Virus record (IMG/VR): IMGVR_UViG_3300029852_000006
Reading direction: 5' to 3' (one strand)
DNA: 64,000 nt
Origin: a virus
Lineage: Duplodnaviria > Heunggongvirae > Uroviricota > Caudoviricetes
Shown: positions 35,539 to 45,875 of the stretch, piece after piece
How positions within the stretch are numbered: position 1 is the first letter of the stretch
Layout of the letters: every line of letters begins with the position of its first letter
Position numbers and translations under genes: made by a program
Notes under the pieces: generated by a model
Told to the model about the DNA's origin: nothing
Seen by the model: only the letters and a program-made list of their open reading frames with translations
Databases searched by the model: none

Positions 35539-36642
35539 ATGGCATTCAAAATGAATCAGATCAGCTGTGATCTTGCCAGCTACCCCTATTACATGCTGCT
35601 GTCCCCGCGTAAATTCGGCAAAACAACCTGGTGGCGCAACCTCGTTGTCGCCGCCTGGGGCAATGCCTCCAAGGGTCTGCTCATCTCCTGCGGCACCGAG
35701 TCCGGCTTCCACCACCTCGATAACCTCCAGGTCGAAGAAGCCCTCACCTGGGACGATGATTACGATGAAGAAACCGGCCACCGCGGCCTTGTCCAGATCG
35801 TCGATGATCTGATCGAAAACAATGCTGACTACGGCATCAAGGGCGTCTGCTTTGATACTTTTGATACCCTCTTTGATATCGCCACCGATGAAGTCATGAG
35901 GGAATCCCGTCGTGAAACCGGCAAGTCCTGCAAATCCATCAATGATGCTTTCGGCGGCTACAACCGCGGCTCTGACCGCCTGATTAAAATCATCAACGAT
36001 CAGCTCTCCCGCATCCGCAACGCCGGCATCGCCGTCTTCATCCTGTCCCATACCAAGTTTAAGGAGCGCACGGACCCCCTCACCGGCGAAAAGTATGAGC
36101 AGCTCACAAACCTCATGCAGGACCGTACATACAGCGCCATTGCCGATAACGCCCAGATGGTCATGGTTGGCACCATCGAGCGCGATATCGCATCTGGCAA
36201 AATCGAAAACGAAAAGCGCGTCATCCATCTGCGCGGCACCTCCACCATTGATGCCGGTTCCCGCTTCAATGACCTGCCCGAAACGATCACCCTTGATCCG
36301 CAGGATTTCCTCGCCGCCTTCAAACAGGGTGTCGCCGGTGCTCACACGGTTGCTCCGGTTACGGATAAGCAGATCGATGCTGCCGCCAAGGCCGAGCAGA
36401 AAGCCGCCGCCAAACAGGCAGCCGTAGCCCGCAAAAAGGAGGAAGCCGAAAAGCAGGCTGAACAGGACGAATCTCACCGTGATGAATATTACAACACCAT
36501 CGTCAATGGCTTCTCCAACGCCTCGGATGAAATCAAGGCCAAAGCCAAGGAATTGTTGGCCGCCACCGGTGAACCCAAGTTCTCCTCCCCCAACATCCCG
36601 GCTGCAACCCTGCGCCAGATCGCTGACCTCTTCGCAGCGTAA
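35539..36642 (+). CDS. Sak4-like / AAA_24-family RecA-like ATPase (phage recombination)
   Basis: P-loop 'SPRKFGKTT', overall RecA-like core, basic/alanine-rich C-terminal tail; typical neighbour of SSB and helicase in phage replication modules. Confidence 0.6.
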   Translation: MAFKMNQISCDLASYPYYMLLSPRKFGKTTWWRNLVVAAWGNASKGLLISCGTESGFHHLDNLQVEEALTWDDDYDEETGHRGLVQIVDDLIENNADYGIKGVCFDTFDTLFDIATDEVMRESRRETGKSCKSINDAFGGYNRGSDRLIKIINDQLSRIRNAGIAVFILSHTKFKERTDPLTGEKYEQLTNLMQDRTYSAIADNAQMVMVGTIERDIASGKIENEKRVIHLRGTSTIDAGSRFNDLPETITLDPQDFLAAFKQGVAGAHTVAPVTDKQIDAAAKAEQKAAAKQAAVARKKEEAEKQAEQDESHRDEYYNTIVNGFSNASDEIKAKAKELLAATGEPKFSSPNIPAATLRQIADLFAA

Positions 36643-36656
36643 AGGTGGTGTCAAAT

Positions 36657-37178
36657 ATGGCAGCACCCAAAGTCCGTAAAGGCCGCCGCGTCATCTGTCA
36701 CGCCACCGGCATCTATGGCAATTCGCTGGACTATTTCAAGGCCCCGGATGGTTTTTATTATCAAACCAAAGAGCTGTATGAGCAAAAAAAGCAGGAATCT
36801 GATTATTACCGTCAGGTCGTTACCCGCATGGCCTCCTATATGGGCTATGAGCCGGGCGATGTTTTCCCAACAGTCATCACCCGCGGCCTCATGCAATTCA
36901 AGCATTACGGCTATGCCGCTGTCCTTGCCACCATGGAGGAATGCCAGTCCAAAATTGAATACGCTCTGGCTTCCCGCTCTTTCGGTTCGGACTATCAAAA
37001 AGCCTCCTACCTCATGGCCATCCTTACCAACAATATCAACGATGTTGCCCGCCGCCTCAAATCTCAGCAGGAATTTGAATCCCGTCAGGCTGCACCCCAA
37101 CCGGCTCCGCCCCCACAGGATTTCACTTCCGCTGCTCAGCCCAAAGATATCACAGATTTTCTGGAAGGCGGTGACTAA
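36657..37178 (+). CDS. hypothetical replication-module protein
   Basis: RBS AAAGGTGG before ATG 36657. Confidence 0.45.
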   Translation: MAAPKVRKGRRVICHATGIYGNSLDYFKAPDGFYYQTKELYEQKKQESDYYRQVVTRMASYMGYEPGDVFPTVITRGLMQFKHYGYAAVLATMEECQSKIEYALASRSFGSDYQKASYLMAILTNNINDVARRLKSQQEFESRQAAPQPAPPPQDFTSAAQPKDITDFLEGGD

Positions 37179-37270
37179 ATATCGAACTCCAAACCTGTCT
37201 TGATAAAATCAATACCTCCCGCGCTCAAGACGAAGCCTCTTTTGTCTTCTGCCTCTGGAAAGAACCGGTT

Positions 37271-38662
37271 TTGTTTGGCGAGTACGATCAGGTCAACTTC
37301 GGAAATGATTTAACCATCAAAACCAAAGATGCCCTCTTCTACTACCAGCTTGGCCGCGGCATGTATGATTCTGGCTTCCGCAATTTCGACAGCATTTCGG
37401 TCGATACTTACCTTTCGGATAAAGCCGATACCCGCAAAGTCTTCTCGGCCTACGGCGGCTACCCGGAAGTCGAAAAGCTCAAATCCCTTGTGGATGTTGA
37501 TAACGTCGAAGCCTATTTTGACCGCATCTCCAAGCTCAACACCCTCTCCGATCTCTGCGAGCAGTTTTTCAAAACTTTCCAGGATACCTCCCGCTTTGAT
37601 TCCATGTCCAACTCCCAAGTCTACGATTTTTTCGACTATCAGCTTAACACCATCAGCATGAACTCCACACGCGATATAAAAGTCGAATCTGTCGCCTTTG
37701 ATGAATCGTATATCACAGAGCTGGATAAGGGCGAAACGGTCGGTCTGAATTACGGTAAAAACTGCCCCCGCCTCAACTGGGCTACTCTCGGCCTCCCCCT
37801 TGGTGATCTTTACATGCTGGGCGGTTTCTCCGGCACTGGCAAAACCTCTTTCGTGTTTGAAAATATGATCCTGCCTTTAACCGAATCCGGTGTCAAGTGC
37901 TGCATCATTTCAAACGAAATGCAGGTCCGTGCCTACAAACAGCTGCTCACCATCCATATCCTCACCAATGATCTCGGCTACTGGAAAATGACTCGCAAGC
38001 ATCTCAAGGTCGGTAAGTTCACGGATGAACAAAAAGAAATGCTGCTTAAAGCGGCAGCCATCAGCCAAAAGAAATACTCTTCCATCCGCTTCATCAAAAT
38101 GTTCGATAACGACACCTCCCGCGTCATCAAGTCGGTTCGCAAATATTCCAAACTCGGCTACCAGATGTTCCTGTGGGACACCATGAAGTCGGACGACGAC
38201 GGCGGCAATATGGAAATGTATCGCCAGCTCTTGCAGTCCTCGCGCAAAATTTTCCAGTGTGCCAGCCGGGAAAACGTCTCCATCGTCTGTACCTATCAGC
38301 TGGCCCTTTACATGAAAAACCAGCGCTTTCTCGATGCCTCCACCCTTTCCAACGGCAAGCAAATCAAAGAGGTCTTTTCCGAAATGATTTATATCCGGGA
38401 ACTTTGGCAGGATGAATACACCGGCGAAAAATGTGATTGTCACGCATACACCCGCACCCGCAAACCGGATGGCACCTGGGAAAAATTCACCACCCCCATC
38501 ACGCTGGATAAAACCAAAAAGTACATCGTCGCCTTTCTCGATAAAACCCGTAACGATGAAGACGGTCAGCAATTTTTGTATGAAGCAAACCTCAGCTGGA
38601 ACAACTGGAAAGAGGTCGGCTATTGTACCATCCGCAATGACCATGTAGCCATCGGCCGTTAA
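37271..38662 (+). CDS. DnaB-like replicative helicase (RecA-like C-terminal domain)
   Basis: Walker A 'GGFSGTGKTSF', DnaB C-domain layout; no in-frame ATG upstream, so TTG 37271 or translational coupling is assumed. Confidence 0.65.
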   Translation: MFGEYDQVNFGNDLTIKTKDALFYYQLGRGMYDSGFRNFDSISVDTYLSDKADTRKVFSAYGGYPEVEKLKSLVDVDNVEAYFDRISKLNTLSDLCEQFFKTFQDTSRFDSMSNSQVYDFFDYQLNTISMNSTRDIKVESVAFDESYITELDKGETVGLNYGKNCPRLNWATLGLPLGDLYMLGGFSGTGKTSFVFENMILPLTESGVKCCIISNEMQVRAYKQLLTIHILTNDLGYWKMTRKHLKVGKFTDEQKEMLLKAAAISQKKYSSIRFIKMFDNDTSRVIKSVRKYSKLGYQMFLWDTMKSDDDGGNMEMYRQLLQSSRKIFQCASRENVSIVCTYQLALYMKNQRFLDASTLSNGKQIKEVFSEMIYIRELWQDEYTGEKCDCHAYTRTRKPDGTWEKFTTPITLDKTKKYIVAFLDKTRNDEDGQQFLYEANLSWNNWKEVGYCTIRNDHVAIGR

Positions 38663-38675
38663 AGGGGGTGCGCCC

Positions 38676-39695
38676 ATGAATGCGGCACTCCTCTCCCAGC
38701 GCCTGATCGGCCACTCGGATGATATCTACGCCATCCTCGAAACCCTCGGCTATGAAAACATTACGTTTAATTCAGCCAAAGCCCAGTTCCGCTTTTCACG
38801 GGCGGACGGCACCAACCCTACCAGCATTGTTCTGGATGTTGATTCTTTACGGTTTTATTGCTTTTCCACCAACGGCAAAGGCAATCTTTTCACCCTCATC
38901 ATGTCGCGCCTGAACTGCACTTTCCCGGACAGCTTAACCTTTGTCACCACCGTTCTGGATCTCGACCAAAATGATTTCTCGGCCAAAGTTCACTACCCCT
39001 TCGGCGGCTTCTACCGCAAGCTTCTCCCTGATCAGCCGGAGGATTACTCCGTGCCTCCCATCCCAGAGGAAACTTTGCAGCCATACTTGGGCAAGTACAA
39101 CCAGATGTTCTTCCGTGATGGCATTGATTATGTAACGCAGGAAAAATTTCAGGTTGGTTATGATTTTCTTTCCAACCGTATCACCATCCCGGAGCGCAAT
39201 TTTGATGGCCAGCTCTGCGGTATCATGGGTCGTTCCAATGACCCCAACTGCCCCCATCAGGACCGCTGGTATCCCATCGTCAGCTGCCCGCGCAGCAAAA
39301 CCCTGTTCGCCCTGCAGCAAAACTACCAGCGCATCATCGAAACCCAGAACGTGGTCCTTTTTGAATCGGAAAAAGCCCCCATGCAGTGCGCATCATTCGG
39401 TGCCCATATCTCGCTCGGTCTCTGCGGCTGCCATGTCTCCCAGGCCCAGCGCAGCATGATTTTTTCTCTTCGCCCCAAAACTATCGTTCTCGCTCTCGAT
39501 GAAGGATTAGAAGAAGACGCTATCCGTGAAGAAGCCGCTAAGCTTGTCCAGAACAATTTAATCTTAACTACCAGGGTCGGCTATGTCTGGGACCCTGACC
39601 ACGATATTATCCCCGCAGGCAGCAAACAAAATCCCGCCGACCTTGGCCGCGATGCCTATGTCGCCTGCCTGCAAACGAAAGTGAGGTGGTTATAA
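38676..39695 (+). CDS. DnaG-like primase (TOPRIM domain)
   Basis: TOPRIM-like 'VVLFESEKA ... IVLALDEGLEED' (E...DxD). Confidence 0.5.
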   Translation: MNAALLSQRLIGHSDDIYAILETLGYENITFNSAKAQFRFSRADGTNPTSIVLDVDSLRFYCFSTNGKGNLFTLIMSRLNCTFPDSLTFVTTVLDLDQNDFSAKVHYPFGGFYRKLLPDQPEDYSVPPIPEETLQPYLGKYNQMFFRDGIDYVTQEKFQVGYDFLSNRITIPERNFDGQLCGIMGRSNDPNCPHQDRWYPIVSCPRSKTLFALQQNYQRIIETQNVVLFESEKAPMQCASFGAHISLGLCGCHVSQAQRSMIFSLRPKTIVLALDEGLEEDAIREEAAKLVQNNLILTTRVGYVWDPDHDIIPAGSKQNPADLGRDAYVACLQTKVRWL

Positions 39696-40789
39696 TCGAA
39701 CGCGCCAAAGACCCCCGCCTGCAAGAACTTTTCAATGCCGGCGTAAATGTATACAGTTTTTCCAAATTAGGAACCATTGAGCAGTGCCAACTCCAGGCGT
39801 GGTACTCCTACATCAAACATGAAGAAGGAATCGACGGTATTTATTCACGGTTAGGTGGCTCTATGCACGATGTTCTGGAACAGTTGATTCACCAGCGAGC
39901 AACCTGTGATGACCTTCTTCCAGCCCTACATAATGCCCTGGATGAATGTGAAACCCTCGGCCTTACCTTTCCTAAGGATTTTCGCGGCAATGACTCCATC
40001 AAAGAGAAATGGGTCAAGGATATGACCCACTTCTGCCAGAACTTTTACCCGCCTAGGGGCGAGTTCAAAACAGAACAGCTGCTTATCTACCGCGTCAGTC
40101 CTACCCGCGCCATTCAAGGTTACATTGACCTGATGAAATTGGAACCCGATGGCTCTGTGTCGGTTTACGACTGGAAAACGAGCACACGATTCGCCCCATC
40201 TACCCTATTAGAGCATGGTCGCCAGCTCGTGATCTACGCTATGGCATTGGAACAGGCCGGTTATACAGTCAAAAATCTCGCCTGGATCATGCTCAAGTAT
40301 GTCGAGATCCGTTACACCTGGTACGCTACATCCCGTTCGCGCAACAAAACCCAGTGTATCCGCATCGTCAACCGCTCTAAAATTTACGATACCATCGCCC
40401 CCGCGGTCGAATCCGCCTGCCGCGATGCCGGTATGGATGAAGCCGAGATTGAATTTGCCATGCTGGATTTCAAAGAAACAAATCTTCTCGGTCCCAGGTT
40501 CCCCATGTCGGTCGCCCAGCAGTTCATTATCAAACCTTTTGTAGAGCCTTACCCCTACACCCCGGAACTCAAGCAGGAAGCTCTTACTTACATCAACAAG
40601 GTCGCCGATGTCTATGAGTCTCTGCCCCAGGATGAAACCACTCCCTGGCCTGCCCGCAAGGTCGATAAGGAATGCGCTTTCTTCTGTAATAACCTCTGCA
40701 ATTACCGCAAAATCTGCCCCGCCATCCGGGATTATAACGCCCAGGCCCTTATCGCAGACCCGCCCAAAACCGAAGCTGATTTGTTCTAA
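39686..40789 (+). CDS. Cas4/RecB-family PD-(D/E)XK exonuclease with C-terminal Fe-S Cys cluster
   Basis: 'GYIDLMKLEPDGSVSVYDWKTS' (D...D-x-K), C-terminal 'CAFFCNNLCNYRKIC' four-Cys cluster; GTG start. Confidence 0.65.
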   Translation: MVIIERAKDPRLQELFNAGVNVYSFSKLGTIEQCQLQAWYSYIKHEEGIDGIYSRLGGSMHDVLEQLIHQRATCDDLLPALHNALDECETLGLTFPKDFRGNDSIKEKWVKDMTHFCQNFYPPRGEFKTEQLLIYRVSPTRAIQGYIDLMKLEPDGSVSVYDWKTSTRFAPSTLLEHGRQLVIYAMALEQAGYTVKNLAWIMLKYVEIRYTWYATSRSRNKTQCIRIVNRSKIYDTIAPAVESACRDAGMDEAEIEFAMLDFKETNLLGPRFPMSVAQQFIIKPFVEPYPYTPELKQEALTYINKVADVYESLPQDETTPWPARKVDKECAFFCNNLCNYRKICPAIRDYNAQALIADPPKTEADLF

Positions 40790-40859
40790 CCAAGGAGCCG
40801 CCCATGACAACCCGTTCCCCGCCCCCGCAGGGCTTTTGAAATAAATTACAGGAGGTGAA

Positions 40860-41473
40860 TAAAAACGCCATCAATTTATGATCATTCAAGAGATATAACT
40901 CATTTTAATACAAAAAGAAATTCATATGTCTTATCTGACGATGGAACATATTATATCGGTACAACCCGTGCTGGTTATGAATTTTATTTTTCCAAAGAAG
41001 ATTATTCCCTTATCTCTTCGTACTGTTGGCATAAACATCAAGATGGTTATTTACGAACTCTTTATACTTATTATCTTGACGAAAATAATATTCGGCATAA
41101 TCACTACGTCTTGATGCATCGGCTTTTATTTGGAGAGGAAAATATTCCGGCCAAAATGGAAATTGATCATATTAACGGCAAGCCATACGATAACCGACGT
41201 TCAAATTTGCGGTTAGTTACACATGCCGATAATATGAAAAACCAAGCAATGCGTGCGGACAATAAAAGCGGTTATGCCGACGTCTGGGAAAATAAAGGCT
41301 GGGGCAAACCGTGGACAGCACAAATTACCTGTAATGGCATTCGGCATTACCTTGGCCATTTTGATACTCCAGAAGAAGCTGCAAAAGCAGTGGCTGCAGA
41401 ACGAGAACAATCTTTTGCTGAGTTCTCACGAGCATCGGAGGATATGTTCAATGGTACACGGAGGCCATGCTAA
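40860..41473 (+). CDS. HNH (HNH_3) + AP2-domain homing endonuclease; start codon unclear, possibly decaying
   Basis: 'DGTYYIGTTRAGYEFYFSKEDYSLISSYCWHK ... MEIDHINGKPYDNRRSNLRLVTHADN' (HNH_3) followed by AP2 'SGYADVWENKGWGKPWTAQITCNGIRHYLGHFDTPEEAAKA'. Continuous frame from TGA at ~40857 has no ATG until TTG/ATG at 41111; the ATG at 40926 is in a different frame. Confidence 0.6.
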
Positions 41474-44400
41474 TGCAGAACTACCATAAGCACACCTGCT
41501 GCTCCAACATCTATACCCCCGATTCTCCCGCCACCTATGAACAATATGCTAAACGCGCTGTTGAACTCGGTCAGAACATCCTTTGCTCTTTGGAACACGG
41601 ATGGCAGGGTAAATATCATGAATGCCGTGAAATCGCTATCAAGTATGGCCTCAAGTTTATCTTTGGCACCGAAGCTTACTGGGTCAAAGACCGGCACGAA
41701 AAAGACCGTACCAACTGCCATATTGTTCTTCTCGCCAAAAACGAAAACGGTCGTCAGTGGATCAACGAAGTTCTATCTACCGCCAATGAGGACGGTTATT
41801 ACTATCGCCCACGTCTGGATGAAGAACTCCTGTTCCAACTGCCGCCCAACGATGTTTTTGTTACTTCTGCCTGCGTTGCATTCTGGCATTATGAACCTAA
41901 TTATGTTGAAAATCTTGTCCTTCGCCTACATAACCATTTTAAGGATAACTTCATGCTTGAAATTCAGGCTCATAATACCGATAAGCAAAAGCAGCTAAAC
42001 GCAAGAATCTTGGAGCTTTCCAAAAAGTACGGTATCCAGATGATTGTTGGCCTTGACAGCCACTATATCTACCCGGAACAATCTGTTGAACGTGATGCTC
42101 TTCTTGCCGCCAGTGATACCCACTATGACGACGAGGATGGCTGGTATATGGACTATCCAAATGAAGCTACCGTTCGCCAGCGTTTTGCCGAACAGGGCGT
42201 CGTCCCGCCAGAATCAGTTGACCAGGCCATTCGCAACACAGATCTGATTTGTGATTTTGAAGATTATGATAGCGAGGTTTTTCAAACCAACCGCAAACTT
42301 CCCACCCTGTACCCGGATAAAACCCCAGAGGAAAAATATCAAATCTACAATCGCTTAATCAGTTCCAAATTCCGCGAGTACATGAAACACGTTCCGCTAG
42401 AGGATTATCAGCGTTACTTTGATGGCGTCAAGATGGAAGTTCATACTTACCGCGATACCGGCATGGTGGATTATCCACTAATTGACTATCAAATCGTCAA
42501 ACGCGGCATTAAATATGGTGGCATCATCACAAACACTGGCCGTGGTTCTGCTGTCAGCTACTTTACCAATACCCTCTGTGGTTTCAGTAAAGTTGACCGT
42601 TTCAAATCTCCCATTCGTCTGTACCCAGAACGATTCCTCTCTACTACTCGTATTATTCAGACGAACAGCCTGCCCGATATCGACCAGAATATCAGTGCGC
42701 AGGAACCATTCGAGCGTGCCCAGCGCGAAATCCTCGGTGCAGACCATGCTTACCCCATGATTGCCTTTGGCACCATGAAAAAGAAAGCTGCATTTAAGAT
42801 GTACGCCCGTGCTCAAAGGCTGGACTTTGAAACTGCCAATAAAATCAGCGACCAGCTTGAAAAGTACGAAGTTGCTCTCAAATATGCCGATGATGACAAT
42901 AAAGCCGATATCAGTATCTACGATTACGTTGACCCAGAATATCAGGATCTTGTCAAACGCAGCGAGGTTTACTGGGGCTTAATTGTATCCAAATCAAAAG
43001 CTCCCTGTGCCTATCTTCTTTATCAGGGCAGCATCCGCCGCCAGATTGGTCTTATCAAATGTAAAAGTGAAACAACCAAAAAGGAATATATTACCACTGT
43101 CATTGATGGCGCTGTGGCTGAAAAATATAAGTTCCTTAAAAATGACTGGCTGATTGTTGATACCGTAGCTCTTACCGCAGCAGTATTCAAGCGTATCGGC
43201 ATGGAACCTCTGACCGTTGATGAACTATCAGAAAAAGTCAAGGATAATCCAGCCGTCTGGAATATCTATGCCAGCGGTCTCACCTGCGGTGTCAACCAGT
43301 GCGAAAAAGCTTCCACCACTCAAAAACTCATGCGTTACAAACCACAAAACGTTTCTGAGCTGTCCGCTTTTGTTGCTGCCATCCGCCCCGGTTTCAAGTC
43401 CATGTATCCCACATTTGAGCGCCGCGTTCCGTTTGATTACGGCGTTCCTGTCATTGACAACCTGATTCAAACAAAAGAGTTCCCATACTCCTTTATTCTG
43501 TATCAGGAAAATTTGATGACGATTCTGAACTTTGCCGGCTTCCCCATGGACCAGTGTTACGGCATCATCAAGGATATTGCCAAAAAGCATCCTGAAAAGG
43601 TTAAGCCGTTAAAGGCACAGTTTATCTCCGGCCTCTGTGATAAGCTTCAAGGCCAATGTCCACCGGGCAAAGAGCCGGTTGAAATCGCAAATCAGATTTG
43701 GCAGATTATTAACGACGCTACAGCGTACAGTTTCAACTCATCGCATTCAGCCTGTATGGCCTATGATTCCCTCTATAATGCCTGGCAGAAAGCCACATAT
43801 CCCTATGAGTTTTACGAGGTCTGCCTGCAGCACTTCTCCAATAAAGGCAAAAAGGAAAAAGTAGCTGCTCTCAAAGCTGAAATGCTCCGCGGTTTTGGTA
43901 TTCATGAAGGCCCTATCCTGTGGGGGCATGATAACCGCAAGTTTACCGCTGATAAAGAAAACCACGCCATTGACCCTTCGCTTCTTTCCATCAAAGGTTT
44001 AAGCCAAGGTTGTGCCAATGACCTCTGGAAAATGTATCAGTCCGGTAAATTCACCGATTTTTACTCTCTCTGGAAAGAAATGTCCCATACCCGCAGCTTA
44101 AACTCCGCCAAGATCGAAACGCTTGTCCTGCTGGATTATTTTAAGCCATTCGCTGGCGGCAATAAGATTCTCAAGTTTATCAGTGCGTGTAATGACCTCT
44201 ATGGCCGTTCTCAATTTCCAAAGGACACTAAGTCTTCGTACAAACCTTATATTGAAGCTTATTCCACCACATCTGACCAGCTTAAAACCTATAAAGATTT
44301 CCAGTATGATTCTGCTCTTCAAGCCATCTGGAATGATCTGCCGGATGAACCGCTGCATGTTAAGCAGGTCTTAGATGCCCAGAGCGAGTACCTTGGCTGC

Positions 44401-44685
44401 CTCCAATACCAAAACCCTTCTCTCGCTTCCACCTACCACTACATTCTCTCTATTGACGGCAAATATAAAAACAAGACCATCGCACTGTACCAGCTTGCAA
44501 CCGGTCAAACCGTTAATTTCAAAATCCGTCCCTCCACCATGGATCAAAACCCCATCGCCAAAGGCGATATCATCAAGGTTCTTGGCACCAAGCAGGAGGG
44601 CAAGTGGTCCCGCACCGATGCCGGTTGGGTCCAGTCCACAACGGATTTCAACACCTTCCTTTATAAATACAGCCATGTACGTTAA
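41467..44685 (+). CDS. DNA polymerase III alpha-like (DnaE/PolC family) replicative polymerase
   Basis: N-terminal PHP domain 'YHKHTCCSNIYTPDS', >1000 aa, polymerase core composition; overlaps stop of HNH gene. Confidence 0.8.
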   Translation: MLMQNYHKHTCCSNIYTPDSPATYEQYAKRAVELGQNILCSLEHGWQGKYHECREIAIKYGLKFIFGTEAYWVKDRHEKDRTNCHIVLLAKNENGRQWINEVLSTANEDGYYYRPRLDEELLFQLPPNDVFVTSACVAFWHYEPNYVENLVLRLHNHFKDNFMLEIQAHNTDKQKQLNARILELSKKYGIQMIVGLDSHYIYPEQSVERDALLAASDTHYDDEDGWYMDYPNEATVRQRFAEQGVVPPESVDQAIRNTDLICDFEDYDSEVFQTNRKLPTLYPDKTPEEKYQIYNRLISSKFREYMKHVPLEDYQRYFDGVKMEVHTYRDTGMVDYPLIDYQIVKRGIKYGGIITNTGRGSAVSYFTNTLCGFSKVDRFKSPIRLYPERFLSTTRIIQTNSLPDIDQNISAQEPFERAQREILGADHAYPMIAFGTMKKKAAFKMYARAQRLDFETANKISDQLEKYEVALKYADDDNKADISIYDYVDPEYQDLVKRSEVYWGLIVSKSKAPCAYLLYQGSIRRQIGLIKCKSETTKKEYITTVIDGAVAEKYKFLKNDWLIVDTVALTAAVFKRIGMEPLTVDELSEKVKDNPAVWNIYASGLTCGVNQCEKASTTQKLMRYKPQNVSELSAFVAAIRPGFKSMYPTFERRVPFDYGVPVIDNLIQTKEFPYSFILYQENLMTILNFAGFPMDQCYGIIKDIAKKHPEKVKPLKAQFISGLCDKLQGQCPPGKEPVEIANQIWQIINDATAYSFNSSHSACMAYDSLYNAWQKATYPYEFYEVCLQHFSNKGKKEKVAALKAEMLRGFGIHEGPILWGHDNRKFTADKENHAIDPSLLSIKGLSQGCANDLWKMYQSGKFTDFYSLWKEMSHTRSLNSAKIETLVLLDYFKPFAGGNKILKFISACNDLYGRSQFPKDTKSSYKPYIEAYSTTSDQLKTYKDFQYDSALQAIWNDLPDEPLHVKQVLDAQSEYLGCLQYQNPSLASTYHYILSIDGKYKNKTIALYQLATGQTVNFKIRPSTMDQNPIAKGDIIKVLGTKQEGKWSRTDAGWVQSTTDFNTFLYKYSHVR

Positions 44686-44744
44686 TTTTTTTCTGGTTAT
44701 GGCGGTTCTCAATACTGCCATCAGTGTTATTGCCACTATTTTCG

Positions 44745-44880
44745 GTAACGTCACCAAAAGTTCGATGTTTGGTGATACGCCCATTTTGATTTCCACGGCT
44801 TCTTCCCCTCCCAGTTTGAACTCATCTATCCCTTCAACCTCATTCTCGCCTGGCCGGTGGAACGGTTCAAAGCCCTCAAC
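44745..44880 (+). pseudogene. degenerate fragment homologous to an internal part of the RT gene (RT 7903-8070)
   Basis: ~85% nt identity incl. 'aacgtcaccaaaagttcg' and 'ttgatttccacggcttcttcccctcc...cagtttgaactcat.tatcc.ttcaacctcat'. In-frame 24-nt deletion relative to RT gives HFDFHGFFPS-QFELIYPFNLILA; no complete ORF. Confidence 0.5.
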
Positions 44881-45085
44881 CAATGACAATCGGTTTTTTT
44901 TATCTCGTGATGCCTTGTACAAACTCTATCTCACAGCCATCGTTTTCAGCTTGTTTTGGTGGTTCCTCTCCTAAGGGGGTGATGTTATCGAACCAGTCTT
45001 TGTTAAATCCGCCCTTGAAACTTTTACTATCCTGATTGATACCCGTGAGCACGAAACCTCGGCGCTCACTCAACGCATTCAGCAA

Positions 45086-45505
45086 ATGGGCTGCCCAGTC
45101 GAACGGCAAAAGCTCAATTTTGGCGATTATTCTGCCAAGGTCATCTTGCCCACCAGCGTTCCCTACAGCCTGGAAAATATCGTCGTGATCGAACGGAAGA
45201 TGTCCAGCGACGAAATCGCAAATTGCTTCACCTCCCAGCGTGCTCGCTTTACCCGTGAATTTGAACGCGCCAAAGCAGCCGGTGCCCGTACCTATCTGCT
45301 TGTTGAGCGCACTACCTGGGAAATGCTTTACGCCGGTACATACCGCAGCAAAATGTCCCCTGTCGCCATGGTGGCCAGCCTCACAACCTGGCTTGCCCGC
45401 TATGACTGCAAGCTCATTTTCTGCGAACCTCAAACCTCCGGCAAGCTCATCCATGATATCCTCTACCGCGAAATGAAACAGCACCTGGAGGGGGTTCAGC
45501 CATGA
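45086..45505 (+). CDS. ERCC4-type (XPF/Mus81-like) nuclease, putative junction resolvase
   Basis: 'GDYSAKVI ... VVIERKMSSDEIANCFTS' matches ERCC4 GDx(n)ERKxxxD motif. Confidence 0.55.
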   Translation: MGCPVERQKLNFGDYSAKVILPTSVPYSLENIVVIERKMSSDEIANCFTSQRARFTREFERAKAAGARTYLLVERTTWEMLYAGTYRSKMSPVAMVASLTTWLARYDCKLIFCEPQTSGKLIHDILYREMKQHLEGVQP

Positions 45506-45696
45506 TGCAAGCCGTCCTATTTTCCAATTATCCATCCGTTTCTCCCCTGCTCCGTGCCCGCCGCAGCTACCAGGTCGTCACCCGCCTTCAAATCGGTTGC
45601 TTCGTCCTCGCTGCCGGCCGCCTGGTCTTTCTTCCGGCCGCCCTCCAGGGCAAAACCTACCTTCTCGTTAAAGGAGTTGATCCACCGCCCCCATGA
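45502..45696 (+). CDS. hypothetical small protein
   Basis: Coupled ATGA start. Confidence 0.3.
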   Translation: MMQAVLFSNYPSVSPLLRARRSYQVVTRLQIGCFVLAAGRLVFLPAALQGKTYLLVKGVDPPPP

Positions 45697-45875
45697 ATAC
45701 TACCCGTGAACTCCACCGCAAAGAGCGCGCCAAGGCAGAGCTTGAATCTATCTGCCGCAGTTATGCTTCCAAATGTTCCGCTCTCATCATTACCTATAAC
45801 ATCAATGATCTAACACCCGCCCAGCGTGCAGCGTTCAATGCCCGCCAACCTTTTCACTCTTACCAAAGCAGGTGA
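45693..45875 (+). CDS. hypothetical small protein
   Basis: Coupled start. Confidence 0.3.
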   Translation: MNTTRELHRKERAKAELESICRSYASKCSALIITYNINDLTPAQRAAFNARQPFHSYQSR

